From: Raillietiella orientalis
Lineage: Eukaryota
Length of the DNA stretch: 64,000 bases
Direction: 5' to 3'
NCBI GenBank assembly: GCA_036172245.1
Contig: JAYWIR010000047.1
Coordinates: 1,116,001 to 1,180,000 of the forward strand
The notes beneath the pieces were generated by a model. The model searched no databases, was not told the DNA's origin, and saw only the letters and a program-made list of their open reading frames with translations. The position numbers were made by a program, and so were the translations under genes. This document shows positions 1-13,000 of this stretch, piece after piece (position 1 is the first letter of the stretch; each line of letters starts with the position of its first letter).

Positions 1-79
1 GAGGGGGAGCGCGGGGGGGGGGGGGAAGGCGAAATTCGCTGCCGACACCACTGGGTTTGCTCGGAAACGCGCACACATT

Positions 80-247
80 CACACACACACACACACACGT
101 ACACTCTTTTCCCTTTTTCGTCGAAAGCTTTCACAAAATCATGCTACTTACGTGAATTCCAGTGGCTTCCACTCGAGAGGAGAAAAACAAACGGAGGAAA
201 CAAAAAAACAAACAAACAAACAAACAAAAAAAAAAAAAAAAAAAAAA
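80..247. repeat. (CA)n at 80-98 and (AAAC)n plus poly(A) at ~200-247
   Basis: Read directly from the sequence. Confidence 0.9.
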
Positions 248-2076
248 GGCAAAACAGAACCGGAGTGCAACTAAATCACTGTGGCTAAGGATGAGAAAAT
301 GAAGCTAGTCGGACGCCATTACGATGACCGAGGAGAATGGGAGAACTGCTGCACGGTCCGCTGTGACGCAATTCTACTTCGGAATACCACATCACACCGA
401 AATACAATCGAAGCTCTCACTATCACGGGACTATTGCGCATGACCGTAGCACACGGGGAAGATCGCGCTCCGCAGCGCGCTAAGCTGTGCTTTCTCAAGG
501 GATAAATCGATACCGTAGGGTGGCGCCAGGAATGTATAATCCACATGTATGAGATTTTTGCATAGGCAGCGGAGGGGGGGAGGGCAGCTCGCTTCACCCG
601 AGCGAACGACCGCATGTCTCCATCCCGCATCGAGAAACTTCCTGATAAATATCCCGGTCCTTCTGCGTGTGTGCTTTTCTGCTTGCAGTCAACTCTTTGC
701 AGGGTTTTTTCCTCTTTTTTTTTTTTTTTTTTTCTCTTTCCGAGTATTAATTTCCAGCTCCTGATGAATGACTGCGGTTCGCTTATGCAAGCTGCCAGTT
801 TCGCAGTCTGTCTGCATGCGATGGAACATCCCGAAATGTACTTGTAATTAAGAACGTGTACCAAGTCGAGTTATTTGTTAATCATCCTTTTCATTATCTG
901 CTGTTCGTTTGGCTGCTTGTCCTGTTGTTGTTGTTGGGAGGGAAGAATCCAGCTTGCGAAAACGAAGCTTGAATATAGAATGCAACCTTTGTGCCCAGAG
1001 GTTGCATCGACTCGTCGTTTGTACACGCATCGCTGTATTTCATTTTGTGTACGGAAGAATCGTGAGTTGTTGGGGCGGAAAGGCGCCAGCCCGAACAGCT
1101 CCCATGTGCCACCAAATCCAAAAGGGGAAGAAAAAAAAAAAAAAAAAAAAGCAGATATTTGGATCCAGCCGTTTGGGAGCATTTGGTTAATATTTCTTCT
1201 CCTGAAGCCATGACACAATAATCATCCCCTAATTTCCGAGATTTAGAAGGCGTTTAGTTGGGTTCCGACTCCACCGACTCCGTCGATGCATTTCTTTCGG
1301 CGGACCTTCTTCCTCCTCGCTTTCTGTCACTGGTGATTTTCCCCGGAACAAAAGAAGAAGAAGAAGAAGAAAAAGATAAAAAAAAAAAAAAGGAAAGAAG
1401 GAACGCTGTGGATATTTCGTAAACTTGCCTCCTTCCCGGAACGATCCCCGTGGAACCGACGACCAACTCATAGGGCGGAGACGCGCCAGACCTAGCTGGT
1501 CGACCTACCAGAGGTGCGTCGCCCGGGATGGTTCCTCCGCCGGGCCAAGAGACAGGGGCTGTGCAAGAAGGGAGAGGGGGGAACGCGAAGGGACTGAAAT
1601 CCGTACGAAGGGCGCGCGCAGTGCAGTGCAGTTGACACAACTGTATTCCCGGCTGATGATCCTGCCGACATTACACTACATGACTGGGACGTGATATCAC
1701 GAAAGAATGCAGAAATATGATCTCAGCAGGAATCTTAGGAAACAAAATGGTGATATAAATTCTTCCACCATGCCTCCCAGCTCACAGCACAAAAAAAAGA
1801 AGAAAGAAAGAAAGAGGGCGAGAAAATATCCCACGGAAGGGGGGATTTTCCGCGAGCACGATGGGGGTAGCCCTGTCTGGGGGCCGCGGCATTGTTACAA
1901 TTTAAATGACGTAATTTGAATGGAGGCGAAGCGCGCCCGTTGATTTCAAACACTAAATTTTGCTGTGCTCAAAGATGTCAGACCATTAATCAAATGCCTT
2001 GGAATGCGTTGTTTCTCCCTTCCTCTCTTTCTCTCTCTTTCTGGAAGACACTAAAGAATCAGAGCCAATTTTGCAG

Positions 2077-2133
2077 ACATGCGCGCATGCATGTATGTAT
2101 GTACGCACGCACGCACGCACACACACACACACA

Positions 2134-2170
<37 letters not shown>

Positions 2171-2178
2171 GTACATAT
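2077..2178. repeat. Compound microsatellite (ATGT)n(ACGC)n(AC)n(AT)n forming an uninterrupted purine-pyrimidine alternation
   Basis: Read directly from the sequence; 102 nt of strict RY alternation. Confidence 0.95.
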
Positions 2179-5100
2179 CAGAGAGTCATCTGTTTTATTT
2201 GGATGACGCGCGCACTTTCAAATGCGCGAGGGCGGTTACCTGAAATTTTTCGAAGATTCGCGGCTTTGGAGCTTTGATGTACTCTCAATCGACATCGCGT
2301 TCAGCCCCGTACACTGCAATGGCGGTTGTACGATTCCGCAAATTCAAAAGTTCCGCATCATCGGGATGCGTTCCGGGAGAACTGGGGAGACCAGGAAGAA
2401 TCCGAATGCAGGTCGAGCACTGCGGCGCGCGAGGGGGGAGGGGGCTCTCCACAGGAAGAGCACACGGAAGAAGCGGAAAGAGGGAACACCAACAGCAGCA
2501 ACAGGGCTGCGCTTCCCTTGAGCTGCAGGCAGGGCAGCTGTGATCCACGGATGTGTTGCGTACAAATAGAGACAATCTCACTGAACCCATCTTCTATTAA
2601 AACGCCTGATTACTGAGGAGAAGGGCGGAGGAGGGGAATCGCCGCCCTCCTCCCCTTTTCTTCGAATGTGTTCGTTGAGACTACGCACAATGGGGGCTGT
2701 CTTTGCGGAACCTTTTCGCGGGCGTTTTTCTTCTTCTTCTTCTTCTGCTTTGCTCTCCATTTTTCATTTCCTCCGCATACGCCAATCAGAAACACAATTT
2801 GCTAATTGATCATTTTCAGAATTTCGTTTTAATTACGTGTTGATTTATTCATTTGTGCTCTCCGGGGGCGCCCACAAACCCTTTAGTTCCTGGCGACGTT
2901 TCATCTTCCTTGTGCGAGCGTGTGTGCTCTTTGTCCGTTCCGCGCTGCCCCCCCCCCCCCCCGTGAGCGCTCCCGCCCAGCTGAGGGCTCCGGGAGCGAC
3001 GAGGGATCGCGATGCCTCGGGGATGCCATCCTTTCGATCCCGCGTTTGTCTCCCTGTCCCCGAATCTGCGTTTTTCCAGAGCCTCCCCAGCTGGGCACCG
3101 GTAGGGGCCGGGCAGCCTGGCTGCCTCTTCGAGGAGCCCCCCTTTCCACCCGGGACGATCTCGGGCGGCGTTCATCGGAGGACGGGGGGCGCTTGCCCAC
3201 CACCGCCCCTCCAGCCCTGCGGGCAGCCGGCCTGCTGCTTCCCAAGGGGCATCCGCCGAACCGGGAAGTCGCCTACCCGGAGACCCCGTGGAGTCCGCTT
3301 CCGCCCGCCGAAGCGGACAGACGCCGGTCTAGGAGGCTGCTGATCCACCCACCACCTCCGCTTTTCCCTCCGGAGGGACGCCGGGCGCTCTTCGGCGAGG
3401 TCCGGAGCGGTAGCGGACAGCGGGACACGCTCGTCCTCTTCCCTCTCTTCCTCCTTCTCGGAGCCTCTCCCGGGGGGAGGAGGAAGGGTAAACGCGTTGC
3501 GGGCGGGGAGGAGGAGGAGGAGCGGTCGCCCTGAAGAGGAAGGGAAAGAAGGGATGGGGGAAGTCCCTCTTACTCCCCCCTGCCCCGTGGCGGCAGCCCC
3601 GCCCACTTCGAGCTCCGTCTGCCCGGTCCGCTCGCGCGCGCGCGCGCTCAGACCTCCCCCTGCACCTAGCCCCGTCGTGACCTCGACCTTACCACCGACG
3701 GTCTCGGGGCCGCCTCCCCGCCAGCCGCTCGCCCTGTTGGGTGCGGCTTCCCGCGCGCGCCGAGCGGACCTGCGCGGTCCATCCACCGCCCCTCCCGGGA
3801 CTTCACGAACTCTTCAGACCCGGGGCCTCTCCCCTCCCCTGGCGCTCGGAAGCGGCGCTGTCCCTCCGGCGCACTCGCCACGCCCGCGTGGGGGACCGCC
3901 CTCCCTCCCCCGCGTCCTGGACGTCCGGGGGGAGGCATCGTGGGGAGGGAGCCTTTCGGGCACCTGCCCTTGGTCTTCCTTCCGACCTCGCGTGGCTGGT
4001 CGGAAGGCGCCCGTGCGGGCGGCCGAGGAGACGGCCCCACTCCACTCCTTGCTCTCTGGTCCCGGAGGGCAGGTCGGAAGAGGCCGATGGCGGCGGCTGC
4101 CTCCCACCGGGAGGCGATCCACCCCACGCGCTCTTTTCGGGAGCTGACGGTCTCAACCTCCCCTCTCCCCCGCATCTCCCCCCGCGAGCGGAGGAGGTGC
4201 TCCTCCTCCTCCTCCTGTCCTAAAACGCGCGCGTTCTTGGTCTCCCTGGAAACGCATGAAGATTCCGGGTCGCGCTGCTCTCGCTCTCGGACCTCAGGCC
4301 GTCCAGCGAGAGGAGCTTCGCGTTGGACGGAGGAGTAGGAGGAGGGGGTGGGCATTCTTTTCCTCGTTCCCTCCCTCTCCGATTGGCGGTGCTGGCGGTC
4401 GTGCGCGGAGCGAACAGGACAGAGAGGCGCGCGCACCAGCGGGCACTCCACTCCCTCTTCGCTCCGCTCCTCCCACCCCCATCTCGTCCGCTAGCCCTTT
4501 TCCCGTCTCCGTGCCCCCGCGGATCCCGTTCCTCCCCTTTCCTTCCCCTCCCGTGGAGAGGACGCGCGCGAGGTGTGCCCAGACGCACCTGTTGAAGATA
4601 AATTTGCCGGCTCCAGCCACGGAGGAGGCGCGAGGGCTTGAAAGGGAGGGGCGAGCAATCAAAAGGGGGTGGGGCCGGTTTCCGAACGCCAGCGGCTCGC
4701 CTGCCCTCCTATCGGATGCGGCTAATTAATCAGATGAAGACGAGGGCTGCCGGGATCGACGACTGCTGCCGCCGCGGCGCGGTAGTGAGCCTTTCCTGTA
4801 ATCACGGCGGCGGCGGCTCCCGGCGCGACGGAGGGGGCGCCGGGAGCGCGCCCGCAGCCACGGACAGCTCGGCGGATCGCCTGCTCAGGAGGATCCGTCG
4901 GGGGAGGCTGGACGGGAGCGGTGGGACAGGGGCATCCATCACCTCGAGACATGGCCGAAGCGGCAGCGCGCGTCGTCCGGAGGCGCCAGGAACCCGGGTC
5001 GGCTGCCGCGCCCACTTGGCGTTCGCCGCACGGATTCTTACACACAACAACGCTGGTCGCGGCCGGGTCGCGTGGAGTCTTCGAGCATCCCGTGGTGACT

Positions 5101-8100
5101 TCCCATCCCTTCCTCCTCCGCCTACTTCCATAGACGAAAAACGAAAAGAGAGAAAGAAAAAAGAGAGAGAGAGAGTGCTTTTCCCACTCGAAGGCTCCGG
5201 GAAACCGCGCTTTCCACACGCACGAAATTGGCGCCAGGCTCGCGTTTGCCTGCGCGCCGCAACATGGCCGCGTCCCCTGCGACGTTTTGCACAACCGGAG
5301 CAGCCCAAGTTATTTATGTTGCCGTGCATAGCGAATCCGCGGAATGAAATGCCAGTCGTTGCTTGCGTTTTTTTTTCTTCTTCTTCTTTTTCCCTTTCAT
5401 TCCTGTTGTTGCAGGGCCCCGGCGGCTCCCCGGCTCTCCGCTTTCGGCGCGGGCGCTCGAGCGGCGCTGGTGCCGCACGGAACACGTTCGGAGCGGCGGC
5501 GGCACGCCTTCCCCCTCCGCCTGAAGTGTGCACGCGCGCGCGCGCCCGCTGCGGTCCTGGCCGAGCGCACTGCGTGTGTCGCACGCGCCCGGCGCAGTCA
5601 AACGGACGGCCTCCCTTCGCGGCCGCGTTCTGTGTTCGAGAAGGGACCGTCTGAAAAATTCATGGGACCATCGGACGTTCCGTACGGGTTGGAGGCCACG
5701 AGGAAACGTGTAATCGGGAAGGGGTGAGGTGGGGGAGGGAAAGGCGCTCTTCTCCCTCGCTCCTTCCTGGGAAAGTCAACGATCCGCTCGTTGTGATGCA
5801 TTACGCCTCTGCCTCGCAATGACACTCGAAAACGAATGACTACTGTTCAACTCATAAAAGACGAATGCCCGATCCCAAACTCCAAGATAAGGCCCTGTGA
5901 TCTCAGGGGCTGTCATCGGAAATTCTGTTTAGGTCCGTGTCGTACGTGTCATTGTTTTCTCGGACTCCCCCCCCCCTCCTCGCTCCCTTACCCCCCTCCC
6001 CCTTTCCCTCAATTTCTTTACGCCCAAGTCGCTTCGTGGTCACTTAAAGTGTTCGCTTCGCAAGGAATTCCGGCGACACCTTCGCGTGTAGATTTTTCCT
6101 TCTTCTTCCCCCCTTCCCTTCTTCCTCCAGGACGGAACAAAGTGACTGCTGGGATCGAATGGGAACGCGTGCGCGTCTATTATTATCTCTTTCGCCTCAC
6201 CTCATGGTTTGCGTGGTCCTGGAAACCGATTCATCACGGCCGAAGCCGCGGGGACGCCACCCCATTGTTGCCGCCCCCGCCGCCGGGGTGCCGCGCGCCG
6301 GGTTCCATTGTTGCCGCCGCGACCCCATTGTTGCGGCGGTAAGCAGCGACAGCATGCCGTGCGAGGACCACGCTTGGTGCGTCGACGCGCGCACCGCTTG
6401 CGGCTGGGTCACCCCCCCATCCCATCGCGGATGGCGACGCAGACACCCCCACCCCACCCCCGACAAAGGGCATATCGGGAACGCTGTTAAACGCACGAGG
6501 CGGCCGTCGGTCGTCTCCGCTTAGAAGGGTTCGGCTCCATCCTCGCGATGCTGCAGCCTTGAATTGGGAGGCGGCGACGGCGGCGGCAACAACGGGCCTT
6601 CGTTTCTTCGAGTGACTGTAAAGAAAAAAAAAAAAAAAAAAAAACGCTCTCCCATGTGTGGCGGCGCCGGAAAGGAACCCCCAACTTGGAGAGCGCGCGG
6701 CTCTGGCTGCCGCCTCTGTCGTGCGCAACGGGCTCCTTCCTTCTTCGCTCCCTCCGCCTCCAGGCTGTAAACAGGGGGCTTCCTGCCCCGACGCCTGACA
6801 TCTGCTTTCTCTGCAAACCTGGAATCGGAGTCTCTGGCTCCAGCGTCTGAAGAATGACACGGATGCGGATCACCCGGGAACGCGCACATCCCTCCGGACG
6901 CGCCCGCTCCGCAAGGTACTTCCTGCCCCCTGCTCCTCCCTCACACCTCACCCCTTCCCCCCCTCCCCCTCTCTCCCTCCTCCCAACGAGCGCCAGGCGT
7001 TTCCAGACGGCGCTGCTGGGAAAAATCCTCCGCTGCCTTCCTTTCGAGTGCAGCGGCTAGACGTCCGCTCAGCCGTCACCGCTGGCGCGGTTGCCCTACG
7101 GCTCCGGCGCACGCAGGCAGCGACGCGCGCGCCCGTCCGGGGCGGGTCCAGTTAGCCAGCCTCCCTGGATTATTTTTCCTTCTGCAGCACCTCTGGCGCG
7201 CGCCCCCTAGGAGCGCCCACCCCGCCCTCCGGCCGGCTCGCCCGCCCGCCGCCGTCGACCCTCCGGAGTCGTGTGCACTCCCCATCACCTGCGGCGTCGG
7301 CGGGGCGCCTGTCTTCTCGACTCCCTCTTCCACGGCAGACGCGGTGTCCATGGCAACCGGGGACTCTCTCCGAGGCGGATCGATGGCGAACGGGCGGGAG
7401 GAGGAGACTTGTCGGCGAGCGTCTAACGCCCGTCCCGCGGCGCGGAGGGGACATGGGCTCGGGCCGCGGCGGAATGCCTCGCGAAGCCCCTGTCCGGAGG
7501 ATCTCCCATGAGAGGCCCTTTCCGCCCCCCCTCCCCCTCCCGCTGGCGTGGTGCCTCGCCCTGGAGGCTGCTCGCTGAGAGACGCCCCCCTCCTCTGATA
7601 GCTTTTCCGTCCTGGGGACTCGTGCGTGAGCGCCCCACGGGCGGAGGCCAGGGGCGGGGACGCAATGGGAGGGAGGGAAGGGCGGCTGCCCCCCTTCCCA
7701 AGGACGGATCAACGACCGACGAGGGGCACCGCGCACGATCGAGAGCGGTGCCCCTTCGCGACGGCCCTAGGATCTCCCATGGCATTCGCCGGGTCTGCGG
7801 GACTCCTCCCGCATGGGAAGGATTTTCCTTCCAAATGGCTCTCGCACTCAGGGACGCCTCCGGGACCGCGCTGGCGCTTCCCGGGGTGCGTCCCGCCTTT
7901 CCTGGCTCCCGCCCTGGCGGAACGGAGGAGCGACGGCGTCCACCCCTTCCCGCTGCGGCGGGAGAGATCACGTCTTCCCGGAGGACCTTCCCGATGTCGT
8001 CGTGGGAGAGGGCGGGGAGTAGGAAACCTCCGGAAGGTCGGGAGCGACCGAGAGGACGACGGAGGCTGCGAAGGTGACCCCTCCTCCTCCTCCTCCCTCC

Positions 8101-8949
8101 CGAAAGGGAGGGAGGTAGGGGAAGGTCGCGCGTCGCTTCCCGCGGACGAGCTGCTGGGACTCTCCCTCGCCCGTGATCCGGGAAAGCTTCCAGGCTGGGA
8201 CCCATTCCGGGGCGCGGAGCCGGCAAGGAGCGGGCCAGGGACGTCTCGGGACTCCCCCCGCTCTCCTCCTCCTTGAGAGATCGCCGCTTGGGGCGCTGAG
8301 GTCGAGGTGCTCTCCTCCCCGCGGCTTCGCTCGGGAGGGCCTCGGGCAAGGGAGGGTTCGGAGCAACGGGGGGAGAGGAGCGAAGGGTGGGCTGACGTCT
8401 TCCCGGGGTCGGGGAGAGGAAGGGACGCGCGGGAGCAGCCGTATCTGTACGAGGAGGGGAGGGGACTCCCCCCGAGAGGGAGAGCGGTGGAGCAGGAAGA
8501 CACATTTCCTGTACCCCGGGCGTCCGCTCACTCCGTTCCTTTCGCCCTCGCACGGCGGGAGATGAGTCGCTCGCGACCTCAAGGTGAGTTGCCAGCAGCG
8601 GCGCAGGGGAAGAAGGTGGGGGCGAGGATCTTCTCCTCCTCCTTCCCCTCCCCCGAACGTCCTCTGCTGCCCTGCTGCACCCCATTTGCTTTCCGGAGGG
8701 CCAGCCTCTTCCCCTTTACTGAGGTCTGGTCAGCCAGCACGGGGTCATCCTTTCTGCTACCAGTGGCTCACTCTGGGTGCTGCCGTCGATCCGCTCAACG
8801 CGGGACACCCTCCCCCTTTTCCCGCCGGTTCTTTCCCCCTCCCTCCCTTCCTCCACCTCGGTATCACCGCGTACTCTTGCTGGTGCTCCTCCTCCTCGCC
8901 TCCTGACGAGTCCTTCCTGAGCGAAAGAGCGAGAGCACTCTCGAGCAGG

Positions 8950-9420
8950 AGGTTCGTCCACGGACACTGCCCCTGTTCTCCTCTCCCGTCCTCCTCCCAT
9001 GTGAGGCCGCTTCCATGCGTAAGCGGCTCCCGGAGAGTTGTCCTCGCGAAGGACTTGCGGGGCAGCTCCCTTCCCAGAAGCCTGCGATGATCCCGGCCAG
9101 GTTGAGGCGTCGCGGTCTTCGGAGGGAAAGGGACCAGTCGACGGGGTCGACCGGTGCTTTCTCCTCTGGAGGGCCGGTTTGCTCGGAGGGACGCTCCGAA
9201 CCCCACTGCCCCGTCTCTAAAGGGAGAGGGCAGCACCAGACGTTCCTGGAAATTCGTCCTCCGCCTGCCTTCTTGCGGATGTGCTCTTGGTGCGTCGCTC
9301 CCTTGCGCCTGACGTCCGCAGAGGCGCAAAGTTCTGGAGTCCCACATGCTCGCCAGCATTCCTCCGTGCCTAATCTCACTCCCGTCAAGAACACCAGCTC
9401 CTCTAGGGTTCGTTTCGAAG
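8950..9420 (-). mobile_element. Eroded LINE ORF2 remnant
   Basis: GRISRNVWCCPLPLETG/RDGAVG (~9210-9260) followed by LAGIIAGFWEG, comparable to RVPLKDLCAPRRDGGLG...LAIAAKMWST in copy B. Confidence 0.4.
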
Positions 9421-9967
9421 CAATCTCAAAGGCCTGAGAACGAACCGGAGGCACTGGAACAGACTTCGACTTTTCCCTTTCTGTTTTTTCTCTTCTTGCG
9501 CTTTTCCGAGATTAAATTAAAAGCGGCGAAGTCTCGCACATATCCCGCCACCGTGCTTTAACGTGAGCGGCAATCTATAATTCCACGAATAGCGTGAGGT
9601 ATGCACATCCACCTCCCTGACCTAGATGCAACGTATTTTTTTTCTTCTTCTTCTTTTTCCTTCTCTTTTCCGATTCCTTTCCTTTTTTCCCTGAAGGAAG
9701 AGGGGGGGGGGGAGGGAAGGTTAACACAATTTTCATGTTATGAAAGTGAGCTCACCCGTAGACAGATGAATTAACTTTCGACGAAATGTACGCTCTCAAT
9801 CCGCCGTGATCGTACGCCAGCAATTATTGCTTTGTAATGAGTCGCCGTTCCCGGCCAGATTCCTTTCGATCCCCCTGGCTCCTCCACTTTCAGCATTTAT
9901 TAATTCTCATTTCGGCGGCGGCGGATAAACTTTTCGCCGTACGTCGCTGCCGCACGGAGCCCCCCGT

Positions 9968-9968
<1 letters not shown>

Positions 9969-10026
<58 letters not shown>

Positions 10027-10040
10027 AACGACGACGACGA
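9969..10040. repeat. Compound trinucleotide repeat (CGG)11(CGA)8 CAA (CGA)4
   Basis: Read directly from the sequence. Confidence 0.95.
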
Positions 10041-13000
10041 CACTCTTTCGGCGGAGTGTCTGCAGCGAGCGCGGCGCCTCCGACAGATTGCTCCAAGACG
10101 TCGTTAGGGGCGTTTGCGTAACAATGGATCCGTGACGGATGCCGTCACGTGAACTCCGCTCCCCCCTCGCGTCGGGCGGGCGAAACAATGTTCGGCAAGA
10201 GGCTCACAACGGCCCTCTGCCGCCGCGTGTTCTATTGACAGTTGGAATATCCCCCATTAGAAAGATCGCGTGCTCTTTCGAAAATGTGTCGTCGTCGTTC
10301 TCCTCGGTTTGCTCAACAGGAATGGACTCTCGCTGTTGCTAATCAGGTCGAGGAAGCGAAGGAGGAAACCGGCACGATTGCGCGCGCGCGCGCGAGTCGG
10401 GGGGGGGGAGGGGAGGGGAGGGGAAGAGCAAAAATCGTGATGCGGCGGCGGAGGTGTGATCGGTAACCTGGCCGCCGCCGAGCGGAAAGTCGCTGCGGAG
10501 ACAACCAACCTACCCGCTCCGGGATGTGTTTTCTCCTCCTCCTCCCCCCCCCCGGCTGTCTCTCTCTCTCTCCTCCCCCCCCGTCCCCGAAGCAGGAGAG
10601 AGGCGAGGTCCTTTTCTGTTTACCAACATGTGCAGAACAATAACACATGCACGCACGTATGCATCGTACACGCGCGAGCACTTCATGTCCCTGAGCGATA
10701 ACTGGAAACTTCAACTCAATGTCAACGAATTTGCATGGCAAAACCAGCCAAAATGAAACCGAATAGTAGGCCACTTCAGTCTGCGCCAATTTTTTCATAT
10801 CACGTTGCGCAGCGCGGGAGACGTTTCCAGTATATTCCCTATAGATTACAGGGCGTTTTAGCTGCAATTCGTGCGAAAGCTCGTTCTTGCGTTGGATGGC
10901 TGCCAGCGAAAATACTTTGCCGGCTAAAATATTTCCTTAGCTCGTCACCGCTCTCCAAGCCGAACTGTAACATAACTTGACGTTTCAGGTGCCACTGACA
11001 AATTTAAAAAAAGGGAGAAAATTCGGGAGGAACGCAATCTGAAAACCGTGCAAGAAATGTGCCGAAAAGGTAGGCACCGACAGCCTGCTTGTACGATGTC
11101 AGAGCTCCCTGGCGTGTGCTGCGTGTGTCCCTTTTTTTTAAAAAAAAAAAAAAAAAGAAAAAAGAAAATGGAAGTCTCTGAAAATATAATATCTTCAGCA
11201 GTTTGTGAGCCTTCTAAACAGTAGCATCCCGTTTCCCATCCCAGGTGACTGCTTCCTCTAATCCAGGTTCCAACTAAGGGTGACACCGAGCGCAGGACGA
11301 AAACGGCTGCTGCTGCGGCCGGGAGGGCATCCACGCAGTGCTTTCGGACGGCGAAAACGTCAGGAAGGAAAGAAAGAGGAAAGAAACGGAAAGGCAAAAG
11401 GAACAAAGGGGAGAGATGGCCGTGAAGAAAGTGAATTCTGGAAGTTCATGCATAGGGAACCAGAGGGTCTGCTTCCTCGATCTATTTTCTTCCCCAAAGC
11501 ACATATTCCTACTGATCGATGGCTTCGCCTTGCAGCAGGGAATGATTTCCACTTCTAGAGAAGTTTCCAGAGATCAGTGAACCAATCAGTTGCTCGGGTC
11601 TTGCAGCATGCAGTGGAGAACTGCCATCTCTTCGAGAGGATAGCGCTGTTCTGACAAATCATGGGCACGTGTGTATAAATAAACATGTGAGAATTCGTTC
11701 CTCGGGGCTGAAGAGAAACTCACACTTGCCCTTTCCGAATCATTAACCCGACTTGGAATAGGTCAGGATTAATTCTCACCGCTTGAGCATCTCGACTTTT
11801 CGTGGGAGGTGGGGAATTCGTCATCGATCCAAAAATACCAGCAACAGGATTCCTCATCCTCGCTGCCGAGGGATACTGCTGTTTGGACTTTTCCGGGGGG
11901 GAAAGCCGCTCTTCGGAGCAAAGTTGCTAATCCTTGGTGGTCCGGGACCGTTTCGGGATCGTAGAACAGGCTCTCGTACAGAAGACGCCTGGCCGGCTGC
12001 ACACGCACTTTCCTTCTAGTTGCTGTGTGCATCCAAGGACACCGCGGAATTCCCCGTCAAGTTCACCTGCCTCCTTGTCTCCAGAGCTGTTCCCTGAATG
12101 GTATCTACTCGCTCCGACTTTGAACGCAGAGCCCACCTTCCGGGCTCGATGAACGGGCAAGAAAAGCCACCGCTTTCTGCGGGTGCGCTTCCGGAAAAAG
12201 CCGATCCGAGGCGCTTTTTCGAGGGTGGTGGCAACAACGGCAGCAACTTGCGAATCCTTAGCGAAGACGTGCCGTCGGTTGCCATCGAACGTTGCACCTG
12301 TAGCATCTCGCGGGAGAGCTCTGCACGTGGTTCCCAAAGCACCCACGATCCTGCAGTACGGACGAATTCGGAGAAATCCCCTCTCCACCCTTTGGACTTC
12401 CCAGAAAACGAACGCGAAAGGAGAGGAAGTGAGTGACCCTGAACGCGTTCGCACGGAGAGATAAAAGCGCGCTGGGGATCAGCTGTGAGACCGACAGCAG
12501 CTGCGGCATTCCTTTCATTAGCATTCTCAACTCCACTTCCGACTTGCGTGGATTTGTTTTGCTTCGGCCGAAGGAAGTTGCCAGCATCCGAGGCCTGGGC
12601 ACCAAAAGTTGGACGTGGAGGCAGCCGGAGAGGGTTTCGGATGGAACACTTCCGATTCACTTGTCAGCCAACGACGCTTCTCACGCGTGCGCCTTCTGAA
12701 GATGGATGCAAACCTCGTGACAACCCCTTAGGTCCATCCCGAGAAAAGAGACACCGAGAAATCCGCCCTTGACACCAAAAAGGTTTCCCCGACACCTCCG
12801 AAAGCTCCCGCACCAGCAAGCATCCTTTTGCATATGCGCTTCGTTAGAAAATAGAGACTATCGATTTGGGTAACTTACGTGACATCAAGCCAGGAAAGCC
12901 GAAAATGAAAATAAACAGATTATGGAATCTTAAGCAAACCTCGGAAGGAGAGAGATGCCAGTAGCGCGATCTGCCCCTGCATTATCCGAAAATAAAGTCT

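Noticed and set aside
7423..8685. 420-aa minus-strand ORF, and similar long ORFs at 15951-17075, 20192-21427, 20622-21725 and 55635-56729
   Set aside because: Arg/Pro/Gly/Ser-rich, open in several overlapping frames on both strands and without domains; expected from stop-codon scarcity in very GC-rich DNA.
11769..12772. Cluster of 90-214 aa ORFs in moderate-GC DNA
   Set aside because: No frame stays open across the region, there is no recognisable domain and no consistent exon chain. It may be UTR or intergenic sequence.
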